From Candidatus Omnitrophota bacterium (lineage in GTDB: Bacteria > Omnitrophota > Gorgyraeia > Gygaellales > Profunditerraquicolaceae), in NCBI GenBank assembly GCA_043814315.1, contig JBDRKE010000005.1:28220-92219 (forward strand): 64,000 nucleotides of DNA, given 5' to 3'. A program made the translations under genes and the position numbers. The notes beneath the pieces are model-generated. The model ran no database searches, was not told where the DNA came from, and saw only the letters and a list, made by a program, of their open reading frames with translations. Shown here one piece after another: positions 53,761 to 63,168 of the stretch (position 1 is its first letter; every line of letters starts with the position of its first letter).

Positions 53761-55583
53761 AGCAGGATGAAGAGTTGGAATTTAATTTGGATGTGACGGC
53801 AAGCACAACTCCCCTCCCGAAGATATTTCAGCCTAATATAGACTTAAGCGGCCGCGGATTCCATCGTGACCCCACCTGGCCGCAGACAGTAGCCGCTAAA
53901 GAGTCATTAGGCATTTGGCGCAGGGATTTGGGTTTTGGGGGCATGTATCGGTTGCAGTATAATCTTTGGGAGATCGGTCAGCTTTCCGAAGAGAAAGAGC
54001 TGCAGGAATCACTCCTGGCTCATTATGAAGAGATTATTAAGAATATCAGCGACGCCGGGGGCACTGTGATGCTGAATCTGTTTGGTACACCGGCCAACTT
54101 TGGCAGGGTTCTGGACAAGAAAAGCCCTCCGCGGGACTTAAAGGCCTTTAAGGCTCTGGTCAAAAGCATCATCCGAGATTTAAGTTGCAATAAAAGATAC
54201 AATATTTGGTATGAGGTTTGGACGGCGCCGGACTTGGACGACTTCTATATCGGCAGGGAACAGGAATACCTGAATTTATATCGGGTGGTTGCAGAAAGCG
54301 CCAGGGAATTACGACAGGAAACCAAGATCCATATCCCCGTGGGAGCCCCAAGCGTCAGCTGGTGGTTTCAGAATCTTAAAGGTAACACGATTGTCACCCC
54401 GGAAAGAAGCCTCATCTACACCCTCATTAAATTCTGCTACCGCTATCGCCTGCCTTTGGATTTTATCAGCTGGCATGGTTTCTCTACGGATCCCGGCGTA
54501 GAAAAAGAAAGCACCGTTTATAAAAAGACGGCGGTCACCCTTATAAGGGACTGGCTCTCTTATTTTGATTTTGACAAAAACACGCCCCTGATCGTTGACG
54601 AATGGAATTTTGACAGTGACGCCAATGTGTTGGCGGCACGGGGGGAAAAATCTTTTATCGCCGCCAGCTACATCCCCAGCCGCATAAAGAACATGCAGGC
54701 CGCCGGCATCGATTATCAAATCTACTATTGCCTTGAAGATTTTCGGCGCAACAAAGAAGGAGTGGTAAGAAACATTGGCATTTTTTCTTTTGATCCGGAA
54801 GAATCCGAATACAAAGGCGCGCGTAAGGCCACCTACAATGTGCTGAGAATGCTCTCGGCCCTTGGCCGTGATGAGTTTTTGCACAAAAATAACGATGATT
54901 TTGCAGGGGCGATAGCCACGAAAACCAGTGACGGCTATGCCCTGCTTTTTTATAATTATATTGATCCGCAGGTGGTCACCAACTACTTCACCAAAAACAT
55001 CGCCGGGCTTAGAGCCAAGGAAAGAAAAATTATTTTAACTCTCATAAGCTCCGAAAAGCTAGAAAAAATCATGCTGCATCAATTGGAGGTTTCTAAGTTA
55101 CGCGCGAGTAACAGGATCAAGAATTTCTTAAAGAAAGCGCAGGAATTAAATGATAAAGCCAAAAAATATGAATATAATGCGCGCCGCATCAAAATAAACA
55201 TTAAGAACCTAAAGCCTTCCAAGCCCGCCGACCGTAAAAACGGCAATGCGCAAAGGCCCAAAGATACACAAACGTATTATCTCTATGAAAAATACACGGT
55301 GGACGCTTCCTGCAGCTTCAACTGTGAATTTGTGCCCGTGGAAACAAAAGAGATTGAACCCGCAACCGAACCTTACCAGGAGACACTCGCCCTGAATCCT
55401 TATTCTGTGCACTTGATTCTGTTGAAGAAGAAGGTCAGAGAAATTAAGGAACCTGAAAAAGAACCTGAAAGCATACTTCCTTCACCTGATACCGCGCAAA
55501 TTCCGATAGAGAAAGAAGAAGCTCCCAAAGAGACCCCTAAGGAAGCTCCCAAAGAGACCCCTAGACAAGAAGACTCAAAGTGA
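53631..55583 (+). CDS. Secreted TIM-barrel glycoside-hydrolase-like protein with low-complexity C-terminal tail
   Basis: Signal peptide (ILHFACCVLCLSWILCFVLCHPTFA|QQ) is encoded partly by the repeat element. WYEVWTAPD and LIVDEWNF resemble GH clan-A acid/base and nucleophile strands, but NEP is replaced by TAP. The C-terminus has APKETPKEAPKETP tandem repeats (24-nt x2 at 55519-55566). Confidence 0.35.
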   Translation: MSKSKIQNKSQIQNPKRRILHFACCVLCLSWILCFVLCHPTFAQQDEELEFNLDVTASTTPLPKIFQPNIDLSGRGFHRDPTWPQTVAAKESLGIWRRDLGFGGMYRLQYNLWEIGQLSEEKELQESLLAHYEEIIKNISDAGGTVMLNLFGTPANFGRVLDKKSPPRDLKAFKALVKSIIRDLSCNKRYNIWYEVWTAPDLDDFYIGREQEYLNLYRVVAESARELRQETKIHIPVGAPSVSWWFQNLKGNTIVTPERSLIYTLIKFCYRYRLPLDFISWHGFSTDPGVEKESTVYKKTAVTLIRDWLSYFDFDKNTPLIVDEWNFDSDANVLAARGEKSFIAASYIPSRIKNMQAAGIDYQIYYCLEDFRRNKEGVVRNIGIFSFDPEESEYKGARKATYNVLRMLSALGRDEFLHKNNDDFAGAIATKTSDGYALLFYNYIDPQVVTNYFTKNIAGLRAKERKIILTLISSEKLEKIMLHQLEVSKLRASNRIKNFLKKAQELNDKAKKYEYNARRIKINIKNLKPSKPADRKNGNAQRPKDTQTYYLYEKYTVDASCSFNCEFVPVETKEIEPATEPYQETLALNPYSVHLILLKKKVREIKEPEKEPESILPSPDTAQIPIEKEEAPKETPKEAPKETPRQEDSK

Positions 55584-56884
55584 TGTTAAAAGATACGGCT
55601 GATAGGCACATTTACACCGTTTCGGAAATCACTCACAATATAAAAGCCATACTGCAGAATGCCTTTGGCGATAACGTCTGGGTGGAAGGGGAGATTTCTA
55701 ATTTCAATCATCATTCCTCAGGACATTTCTACTTTTCTTTAAAGGATCCCTCAAGCGTGGTTGCTGCCGTCATGTTTGCTTGGGCCAATAAGGGCGTTAA
55801 ATTTAAGATGGAAGACGGATTAAAGGTCATCTGTTTTGGCAGAATTGATTGCTACATACCGCGCAGTCAATATCAAATCATCGTAGAGAAGATCGAACCA
55901 AAGGGTATCGGGAGCCTCCAGTTGGCCCTGGAACAACTGAAAGTCAAACTGGAGAAAGAAGGCCTTTTTAGGCCGGAACGAAAAAAACCCATACCTTATT
56001 TACCGTCTCGCATTGGAGTGGTGACTTCTTTGTCAGGGGCGGCCATTCGGGATATGCTAAAAGTATTGGACAGGCGTTTCCGGGATGTGCATATTATTAT
56101 TAGTCCGGCCCAGGTGCAGGGGGAAGCGGCTAAAGAAGAGATTGCCCTGGCCATCAAAGAGCTCAATGCCTTTAACGAAAGCTCGCCCAGCGATGAGAGA
56201 ATAGAGGTTATGATTGTCGGCCGCGGAGGAGGCAGCATCGAAGACCTTTGGGCCTTCAATGAAGAAATCGTGGCTAAAGCCATTTATAACTCTAAAATAC
56301 CGGTGATTTCTGCTGTGGGCCATGAGCGGGATTGGACGATTGCGGATCTGGTGGCGGATTTGCGCGCGCCAACGCCGTCTGTGGCCGCAGAACTGGTTAT
56401 CCCTAAGAAAGAAGATTTGAAAAAGCAGGTCAAAGATGTATCCGAAGACCTAAAGGCGGCCTTTCAAGCGACGTTATCGCATTTGCAGGACACCGTAGAA
56501 GATTGTGCCTATCGCCTCAATTTAAGCATGCAAAACGTATTAAAATTAAGCACGTCTGAACTTGAGAATGCCAGGAAAAAGCTTGATCTCTTGAGTCCGC
56601 TGGCAGCTATCCAGCAGGCCAGGACCAGGATAGCCGATTTAACCAAGCAGTTCCATGTGTTCCTGCAGCACCTTTTGGAGTTAAAGCAGGCAGATTTTAA
56701 CAAGGCGGCAGAAAAGCTCTCAAACCTTAGCCCTCTTAATATTTTAGCCAGAGGATACAGCATTACGTTCAAGATGCCGCAAGAGGCGGTTGTTAAAGAC
56801 GCTTCACTCATGAAGGCAGGCGACATGATAAAAACCAAAGTTCATCGGGGTGAGATTTTAAGCACCATTACGGAGGTCGAATAA
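55580..56884 (+). CDS. xseA: Exodeoxyribonuclease VII large subunit
   Basis: N-terminal OB fold and GRGGGSIEDLWAFNEE motif; 434 aa. Confidence 0.9.
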   Translation: MMLKDTADRHIYTVSEITHNIKAILQNAFGDNVWVEGEISNFNHHSSGHFYFSLKDPSSVVAAVMFAWANKGVKFKMEDGLKVICFGRIDCYIPRSQYQIIVEKIEPKGIGSLQLALEQLKVKLEKEGLFRPERKKPIPYLPSRIGVVTSLSGAAIRDMLKVLDRRFRDVHIIISPAQVQGEAAKEEIALAIKELNAFNESSPSDERIEVMIVGRGGGSIEDLWAFNEEIVAKAIYNSKIPVISAVGHERDWTIADLVADLRAPTPSVAAELVIPKKEDLKKQVKDVSEDLKAAFQATLSHLQDTVEDCAYRLNLSMQNVLKLSTSELENARKKLDLLSPLAAIQQARTRIADLTKQFHVFLQHLLELKQADFNKAAEKLSNLSPLNILARGYSITFKMPQEAVVKDASLMKAGDMIKTKVHRGEILSTITEVE

Positions 56885-56885
56885 A

Positions 56886-57119
56886 ATGGCAGAGATAAAG
56901 TTTGAAGAGGCATTAAAAAAACTTGAGAAAATCGTAGAGGATCTAGAAAAAGGGGATTTGTCTCTGGATGAGGCCTTAAAAAAATACCAGGAGGGCATTG
57001 AATTGTCCCGGCTGTGTAATCAGCGATTGGAGAGCGCCAAGAAAAAAATAGATATCCTGGTAAAGAATAAAAAAGGGGATTTTGAATTAAAGCCCCTGGA
57101 TCAGGATAAAGAGAAATAA
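56886..57119 (+). CDS. xseB: Exodeoxyribonuclease VII small subunit
   Basis: 77 aa, helical, FEEALKKLEKIVEDLEKGDLSLDEAL; follows xseA. Confidence 0.9.
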   Translation: MAEIKFEEALKKLEKIVEDLEKGDLSLDEALKKYQEGIELSRLCNQRLESAKKKIDILVKNKKGDFELKPLDQDKEK

Positions 57120-59017
57120 TGTTATTAGAGAAAATCCATTCTCCGCAGGATTTAAAGAAACTTTCTCCTGATAAGCTGCCGAGGCTTGCGCAGGAAATAA
57201 GGCAGAGGATTATTGAGGTTGTTGCATCTTGCGGCGGGCACCTCGCTTCGAGCCTGGGTGCTGTCGAGCTCATTTTAGCCTTACACTATTGTCTGGATGC
57301 CAGGCGTGACAAAATCATCTTTGATGTTGGGCATCAGGCCTATGCCCACAAGATACTGACCGGCAGAAACAAGGATTTTCATACGCTGCGTCAATATCAG
57401 GGCCTCAGCGGTTTTCCTTCCAAAGAGGAATCCGTTTGCGATATATTTACGACAGGCCACAGTTCCAGCGCCGTATCGCTGGCACTAGGTTTAGCCTGCG
57501 CAAGGGATTTCTTACCCCAAGAGCCATCTTTTAAAGTGGTAGCCGTTATCGGTGACGGTTCATTAAGCGGGGGGCTGTGTTTTGAGGGGCTGAATAATGC
57601 CGGCCACCTCAAAAAAGATATTTTAGTTATTTTAAATACCAATGAATTAAGCATTGCGCCGAATACGGGCGCCATAAGCACTTACCTTAATAAGATTATA
57701 TCGTTGCCTATATACAATCGCTTCAAAGGCTCTTTAGAAAGTTTTGTAAAATCGCGCATGCCCAAGGGGAGCCGTATCATCAAAATAGCCAATAAGTTCG
57801 AAGAGGGGCTTAAAGGGTTATTCATTCCCGGCATGCTTTTTGAAGAGTTGGGATTTCGGTATTTTGGCCCTTTCGACGGACACGATGTAAGCCTTCTGAT
57901 TAAGACATTGAAAAACATAAACAACCTAAGGGGCCCGCTCTTGCTGCATGTGGTTACCAAAAAAGGGAAAGGTTATGTTCCTGCAGAGCTCGATCCCGTC
58001 CGTTTTCACGGCACAGGGCCTTTTGATATCCTGTCAGGACAAAGGCAAGGCACAGCGTTTAAAACCTATACGGAGGTTTTCAGCGAAAAGCTATTAGATT
58101 TAGCCGCTCGCGATAAAAGAATCGTCGCTATCACAGCTGCCATGCCGGAAGGCACAGGTTTGGATAAATTTCGCGATCGTTTCCCGCAGAGGTTTTTTGA
58201 CGTAGGCATTGCAGAAACTCATGCCGTCTGCTTTTCCGCAGGCCTTGCTAAAGCAGGACTCAAACCGGTCGTGGCCATATATTCCACTTTTTTGCAAAGG
58301 GCTTATGATCAGATTATTGAAGATATCGCGTTGCAGAATTTACCCGTCGTCTTTATGCTTGACCGCTCAGGCATCGTGGGAGAGGATGGAGTAACCCACC
58401 AGGGCATTTTTGACATCGGATACTTAAGAAATATTCCTCATTTAGTGGTGATGGCACCCAAGGATGGGGGGGAGTTAGAAGCGATGCTTGAATTCGCTAT
58501 TGGCTTAGATAGGCCTTGCGTTATCAGGTACCCCAGGGATAAAATCCCAAATCCAATGGTTCGACTCCGTTCTCCATTGGCACCGAGCGAATCCGAGGTG
58601 CCCAAATCCCAAATTCCAAATGAGAAAATAGAACTAGGAAAGGCCGAGGTATTAATGGAAGGAAAAGACTTTATGCTTTTAACGCTGGGAAGCATGGTTT
58701 GCCCGGGTTTTGAGGCCATGGAATTGTTGCGCAAGGAGGGCCTATCCGGAACTTTGATAAATGCCCGCTTTGTAAAACCCTTGGACACTGAGCTATTTAA
58801 ACAGATAGCTTCAAAGGCCAAATTTATTTTTTCGGTTGAAGAGGGAATCGTAGAAGGAGGTTTTGGCAGCGCGGTAGCCGAGGCTCTGGATGGCGTTGTG
58901 ACCAAGATAGGGTTGCCTTGCGCCTTTATCCCGCACGGAAAAAGAGCTTTAATGTTGGATAAATACAGATTAACGGCCCAAGGGATTGCTGATAAAATCA
59001 AATCCGTATTGCGTTAA
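57119..59017 (+). CDS. dxs: 1-deoxy-D-xylulose-5-phosphate synthase with an in-frame repeat insertion near the C-terminal domain
   Basis: TPP-binding GDG motif and transketolase-like domains; 632 aa. Between RYPRD and EKIELGKAEV lies an extra KIPNPMVRLRSPLAPSESEVPKSQIPN. Confidence 0.9.
   Translation: MLLEKIHSPQDLKKLSPDKLPRLAQEIRQRIIEVVASCGGHLASSLGAVELILALHYCLDARRDKIIFDVGHQAYAHKILTGRNKDFHTLRQYQGLSGFPSKEESVCDIFTTGHSSSAVSLALGLACARDFLPQEPSFKVVAVIGDGSLSGGLCFEGLNNAGHLKKDILVILNTNELSIAPNTGAISTYLNKIISLPIYNRFKGSLESFVKSRMPKGSRIIKIANKFEEGLKGLFIPGMLFEELGFRYFGPFDGHDVSLLIKTLKNINNLRGPLLLHVVTKKGKGYVPAELDPVRFHGTGPFDILSGQRQGTAFKTYTEVFSEKLLDLAARDKRIVAITAAMPEGTGLDKFRDRFPQRFFDVGIAETHAVCFSAGLAKAGLKPVVAIYSTFLQRAYDQIIEDIALQNLPVVFMLDRSGIVGEDGVTHQGIFDIGYLRNIPHLVVMAPKDGGELEAMLEFAIGLDRPCVIRYPRDKIPNPMVRLRSPLAPSESEVPKSQIPNEKIELGKAEVLMEGKDFMLLTLGSMVCPGFEAMELLRKEGLSGTLINARFVKPLDTELFKQIASKAKFIFSVEEGIVEGGFGSAVAEALDGVVTKIGLPCAFIPHGKRALMLDKYRLTAQGIADKIKSVLR
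58540..58635 (+). repeat. Family A-related repeat inserted in-frame in dxs
   Basis: aaaatcccaaatcc + palindrome ccaatggttcgactccgttctccattgg + cccaaatcccaaattccaaat. Confidence 0.6.
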
Positions 59018-59029
59018 GCTTTTTATAGA

Positions 59030-59233
59030 ATGGCCAGGATTAAGATCGATCAAGACAAATGCAAAGGATGCCTCTTGTGTATAAAGTTTTGTCCCAAAGG
59101 CTCCCTGAGCCTAGACAATAAATTAAACCGATGGGGGGTAAAGCCGGTTAAATCTCAGAAGAGCAAGGCTTGCATAGGCTGTAGTATCTGTGCGATTGTT
59201 TGTCCGGATTGCTGTATCGAAGTGTATAAATAA
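59030..59233 (+). CDS. porD: 2x[4Fe-4S] ferredoxin, delta subunit of a 2-oxoacid:ferredoxin oxidoreductase
   Basis: 67 aa with CKGCLLCIKFCP and CIGCSICAIVCP motifs, immediately upstream of the alpha subunit. Confidence 0.8.
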   Translation: MARIKIDQDKCKGCLLCIKFCPKGSLSLDNKLNRWGVKPVKSQKSKACIGCSICAIVCPDCCIEVYK

Positions 59234-59325
59234 AATTCAAATGACAAAATCCAAAATTCAAAACAAAACCTTTTTAGTTTTGGATTTTGTGCTTTGTGCT
59301 TTGTCATTTGAATTTATGCCTTTTG
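59234..59325. repeat. Family A repeat element
   Basis: aaattcaaatgacaaaatccaaaattcaaaacaaaacc...ttttggattttgtgctttgtgctttgtcatttgaattt, near-perfect long hairpin. Confidence 0.75.
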
Positions 59326-59329
59326 GATT

Positions 59330-60412
59330 ATGTCTCAAAAAAAAGTCTTGATGACAGGTAATGAGGCCATGGCCGAAGGCGCCATACAGGCAGGATGTTC
59401 GTTTTATGCGGGTTACCCGATTACTCCGCAGAATGAGATACCTGCTTATATGGCACGCCGCATGCCTGAAGCAGGAGGCGTATTTATTCAGGCGGAATCA
59501 GAACTGGCAGCCGTCAATATGGTGTTTGGAGCAGCAGCCGCAGGGGCTCGCGCTTTGACCAGTTCCTCCAGCCCCGGGATCAGCCTTAAGCAGGAGGGAA
59601 TTTCTTATTTGGCTGGGGCCCAATTGCCGGCTGTGATTATTAATGTGATGCGCGGCGGCCCGGGATTGGGCAACATCTGGCCAGCGCAATCAGATTATTT
59701 TCAGGCCACGCGTAGCGGCGGCCACGGAGATTACCATTCTATAGTGCTTGCGCCTTCCTCTGTTCAGGAGTCTTATGATCTGGCGGGCCGTGCGTTTGAC
59801 CTTGCCGAGAGGTATCGTACCCCGGTTATCATTCTGGGGGACGGAACACTCGGGCAGATGATGGAACCCCTCGTTATCAAATCCAAAATTCCTTCCTGCC
59901 CCGAGGGCAGGAAGGATCCAAAATCCAAAATAAAGAAACCCTGGGCGCTGACGGGCTGTCAAAGAAGAAAGCCGAATGTCGTAAAATCTTTTTATCTGAA
60001 GGAAGGAGATTTAGAAAAGTTTAACCTCACTTTACAAAAGAAATACAATTCCATTAAACAAAAAGTTCAGTGTTATGAGGGGTCATTTTTAGATAAGGCC
60101 CGGGTGGTTGTTGTGGCTTATGGAACGATGAGCCGGATTGCCAAAAGCGCGGTCAGTCAACTGCGCAAAAACGGCAAAAGAATCGGCTTGATACGGCCCG
60201 TCACCCTTTGGCCGTTTCCTCAACAGGCCTTCCAGAGATTCAGCCGACCGGAGAGAAAAGTTAAGTTTCTGGTTGTGGAGATGTCTTACGGCCAGATGTT
60301 AGAAGATGTGAAATTGGCGCTGGATGGCCGATGCCCCGTTGGCTTTCTGGGCCGTTCCGGCGGAGGAGTACCGACGGAGGAAGAGATTATATCCAAGATA
60401 AGTGAACTATAG
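59330..60412 (+). CDS. porA: 2-oxoacid:ferredoxin oxidoreductase alpha subunit (POR/KOR/VOR family) with an in-frame repeat insertion
   Basis: MSQKKVLMTGNEAMAEGAIQAGCSFYAGYPITPQNEI matches the N-terminus of the family. An extra IKSKIPSCPEGRKDPKSKIKKP segment sits near residue 185. Confidence 0.85.
   Translation: MSQKKVLMTGNEAMAEGAIQAGCSFYAGYPITPQNEIPAYMARRMPEAGGVFIQAESELAAVNMVFGAAAAGARALTSSSSPGISLKQEGISYLAGAQLPAVIINVMRGGPGLGNIWPAQSDYFQATRSGGHGDYHSIVLAPSSVQESYDLAGRAFDLAERYRTPVIILGDGTLGQMMEPLVIKSKIPSCPEGRKDPKSKIKKPWALTGCQRRKPNVVKSFYLKEGDLEKFNLTLQKKYNSIKQKVQCYEGSFLDKARVVVVAYGTMSRIAKSAVSQLRKNGKRIGLIRPVTLWPFPQQAFQRFSRPERKVKFLVVEMSYGQMLEDVKLALDGRCPVGFLGRSGGGVPTEEEIISKISEL
59878..59936 (+). repeat. 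Family A-related repeat inserted in-frame in porA
   Basis: aaatccaaaattcc + palindrome ttcctgccccgagggcaggaagg + atccaaaatccaaaat. Confidence 0.6.
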
Positions 60413-60540
60413 TGTTAAATTCCAATTTCCAAATCCCAATATACAAACAAATCACAATACACAAATGTCTTTGTGATTTGTGTATTCGGTATTGTGGCTT
60501 GTTTGTAATTTGTGTATTGCGATTTGTGATTTAAAATATC
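60413..60540. repeat. Variant repeat element (CACAAATCACAATACACAAA hairpin)
   Basis: ccaatttccaaatcccaat...caaatcacaatacacaaatg-tctt-tgtgatttgtgtattcggtattgtg...tgtgtattgcgatttgtgatt. Confidence 0.6.
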
Positions 60541-60543
60541 ATT

Positions 60544-61272
60544 ATGGATAAATTATTTAGTCACCCTAAATCTTTACGCGATGTTTCTACGCACTACTGC
60601 CCGGGTTGCGGTCACGGTATCGCGCACAGGCTCATTGCCGAAGTCGTGGATGAATTAGGGATTAGGCAACGGGTTATTGGCGTGGCTCCGGTGGGTTGCG
60701 CCGTGGTTGCCTACGATTACTGGGATTTTGATTGCAGTGAGGCTGCGCACGGCAGGGCCTTGGCTGTGGCAACCGGAATAAAAAGGGTGAGGCCGCAAAA
60801 TATTGTTTTTACATATCAGGGGGATGGAGACCTGGCAGCCATTGGAACAAGCGAAACGCTGCATGCGGCGAATCGCGGAGAAAACCTCACCGTGATATTT
60901 ATCAATAATGCCGTTTACGGGATGACGGGCGGCCAGATGGCGCCCACGACTCTTTTGGGGCAGAAAACCGCCACCACCCCCCGAGGAAGGAAAGCCCGCT
61001 CAGAAGGCTATCCCTTAAAGGTCTCTGAAATGTTGAGCTTGTTATCTGGAGTCCAATATATAGAAAGGACAGCGCTCTATTCTCCGCAAGAGATTATAAA
61101 AACCAAAAAAGCCATCAAGCTGGCATTTCAAAACCAGATGGGCCATATAGGTTTTTCGTTAGTTGAAATACTTTCTCCTTGTCCAACCTACCTGGGGCTT
61201 TCTCCCGGCCAGGCCTTGGATTGGATAAGGGATGTGATGCAAAAAGAGTTTCCCTTGGGGAGAATCAAATGA
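60544..61272 (+). CDS. porB: 2-oxoacid:ferredoxin oxidoreductase beta subunit (TPP-binding)
   Basis: CPGCGHG N-terminal Cys motif and GDG TPP motif; 242 aa. Confidence 0.85.
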   Translation: MDKLFSHPKSLRDVSTHYCPGCGHGIAHRLIAEVVDELGIRQRVIGVAPVGCAVVAYDYWDFDCSEAAHGRALAVATGIKRVRPQNIVFTYQGDGDLAAIGTSETLHAANRGENLTVIFINNAVYGMTGGQMAPTTLLGQKTATTPRGRKARSEGYPLKVSEMLSLLSGVQYIERTALYSPQEIIKTKKAIKLAFQNQMGHIGFSLVEILSPCPTYLGLSPGQALDWIRDVMQKEFPLGRIK

Positions 61273-61796
61273 CAGAGCGTATTATTATAGCCGGCTCAGG
61301 CGGGCAGGGCGTGATGTTATTAGGCAAGATGCTGGCAGAGGCAGGGATGCGGGAAGACAGGTTTGTTACGTGGCTGCCTTCTTACGGAGCCGAGGTGCGC
61401 GGCGGAACGAGCCACTGCATGGTGATTATCTCCGATAAAGAAATCGGTTCTCCCTATATTGAGAAAGCAGATACCTTGATTGTCATGAACCAGCCGTCCC
61501 TGAAGAAATTTAAAGAAAGATTGGCAGCTAAAGGCTTGCTCATCATCAATAGCTCTTTGGTCCCCTCTTATGCCGGGAAAAATGCAGAGATATTGCAGCG
61601 CCCCTTTACGGACATAGCCATAAAAATCGGAAATATCAAGGTGGCTAATACGGTGGCGCTGGGCTGTTATCTTGCCAAGAAAAAAACAGTAAGCCTCAAA
61701 ACGGCCAGACGCATCATTGCGGACAGGGGCTCAATGGTCAATGCGGACTTGGCCCGTATCAACCAAGAGGCCTTGCAGGCAGGAGTAAAAGTTTAA
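61269..61796 (+). CDS. porG: 2-oxoacid:ferredoxin oxidoreductase gamma subunit
   Basis: [27 protein letters not shown]. The ATGA overlap with the porB stop makes 61269 the likely start; the track ORF 61179 is an upstream extension. Confidence 0.85.
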   Translation: MTERIIIAGSGGQGVMLLGKMLAEAGMREDRFVTWLPSYGAEVRGGTSHCMVIISDKEIGSPYIEKADTLIVMNQPSLKKFKERLAAKGLLIINSSLVPSYAGKNAEILQRPFTDIAIKIGNIKVANTVALGCYLAKKKTVSLKTARRIIADRGSMVNADLARINQEALQAGVKV

Positions 61797-61806
61797 GGAG
61801 GCAGTT

Positions 61807-63168
61807 ATGGTTAGAGTTCGCTTCGCCCCTTCTCCGACGGGGAATCTCCATATAGGGGGCGCACGTACCGCATTGTTTAATTGGCTTTACGCCAGAGCCA
61901 GGCAGGGAAAATTTATCTTAAGGATAGAGGACACGGATCAGGCCCGTTCACAAAAAGAGTATCTGGACGAAATATTGTTTAGCCTCAAGTGGCTGGGGCT
62001 TGTCTGGGATGAGCTTTATCACCAGAGCCAGAGGCTTGAGATTTATAGAGACTATGCCGATAAATTGCTAAAACAAGGTAAGGCATATTCTGTTAGCCCG
62101 TTAGCCAATTCGCCAGTTCGCCAGTTCGAACCGGAAAACCGGAAAACCGGAAAACCGGCAAACCAAGAAGCCATTATCTTCAAGGTGACCCCTCAAAAGA
62201 TAAAGATCCATGATTTGGTCCGCGGCCCGATTGAATTCGATGCCGAGGATCTCAAGAATCAGGTCTTGATAAAATCCGACGGTACGCCTACCTACAATTT
62301 TGCCTGCGTCGTGGATGACGCTTTGATGGATATAACCCACGTGATCAGAGGCGATGATCACATCTCCAATACGCCCAAGCAGGTTCTTCTTTACCATGCC
62401 TTGGGATTGAGGATTCCTGAGTTTGCCCACCTGCCTTTGATTTTGGGCAAGGAGGGGGGCCGGCTTTCTAAAAGAACGGGCGCCACCGCCATCAGCGAAT
62501 ATCGCAGCCTGGGATATTTGCCGCAGGCCCTCATTAACTACCTGTTGCTTTTGAGCTGGTCACCGGGTGAAAACCGGGAGGTCATCGATTTAACAGAAGC
62601 GATTTCCTTATTTGATATCAAAGACGTGAATAAGACGGCAGCCACCTTTGACAGGGATAAGCTTAACTGGATGAATAATCAGTATCTAAAGTCCGCAGAC
62701 ACGCAAGGCTTAACCGATAGGCTTATCCCTATGCTGATCGAAAAGAAATTACTCCCGGAAGATAATTTTGATAGAAATGCCATCGTTTCTTTAGTGAAAT
62801 TATTTCAAGCCAGGCTCACCACGCTTAATGATTTTGTTAATTGGGCTGACTTCTTCTTCGTCAAAGATATTCAAATAGATCCCGCGGCCCAAGAGAAGCA
62901 TTTAAGCAAAGATCTTTCGGAGCCCTTCCTTCTTTTTATTCAAAGGCTGGAGGCCCTGGAGACATTTGATATCGCCTCCATCGAGAAAAGCTTTCGCGAT
63001 TTAGTCAAGGAACTGGGCACAGAATCCAAATCGCTTATCCATCCTATCAGGGTGGCTTTAACAGGCAAGACCGTTGGGCCCGGGTTGTTTGAGGTGATAT
63101 ATTATTTGGGTAAGGAGCGCACCAAAGAGAGACTCATGAAATGGGCGAAAGAAAGGAGTCAGAAATGA
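61807..63168 (+). CDS. gltX: Glutamyl-tRNA synthetase with an in-frame repeat insertion
   Basis: Class I HIGH (PSPTGNLHIGGART) and KMSKS-like (RLSKR) motifs; 453 aa. An extra PLANSPVRQFEPENRKTGKPANQEA segment follows KAYSVS. Confidence 0.9.
   Translation: MVRVRFAPSPTGNLHIGGARTALFNWLYARARQGKFILRIEDTDQARSQKEYLDEILFSLKWLGLVWDELYHQSQRLEIYRDYADKLLKQGKAYSVSPLANSPVRQFEPENRKTGKPANQEAIIFKVTPQKIKIHDLVRGPIEFDAEDLKNQVLIKSDGTPTYNFACVVDDALMDITHVIRGDDHISNTPKQVLLYHALGLRIPEFAHLPLILGKEGGRLSKRTGATAISEYRSLGYLPQALINYLLLLSWSPGENREVIDLTEAISLFDIKDVNKTAATFDRDKLNWMNNQYLKSADTQGLTDRLIPMLIEKKLLPEDNFDRNAIVSLVKLFQARLTTLNDFVNWADFFFVKDIQIDPAAQEKHLSKDLSEPFLLFIQRLEALETFDIASIEKSFRDLVKELGTESKSLIHPIRVALTGKTVGPGLFEVIYYLGKERTKERLMKWAKERSQK
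62098..62168 (+). repeat. Family B repeat inserted in-frame in gltX
   Basis: gttagccaattcgccagttcgccagttcgaaccggaaaaccggaaaaccggaaaaccggcaaacc; left CCAGTTCG units and right AACCGGAA units are near reverse complements. Confidence 0.7.

Noticed and set aside
54309-54884. 191-aa minus-strand ORF
   Set aside because: Antisense within the glycosidase-like gene; no motifs.
58438-59001. 187-aa minus-strand ORF
   Set aside because: Antisense to the dxs C-terminal domain.
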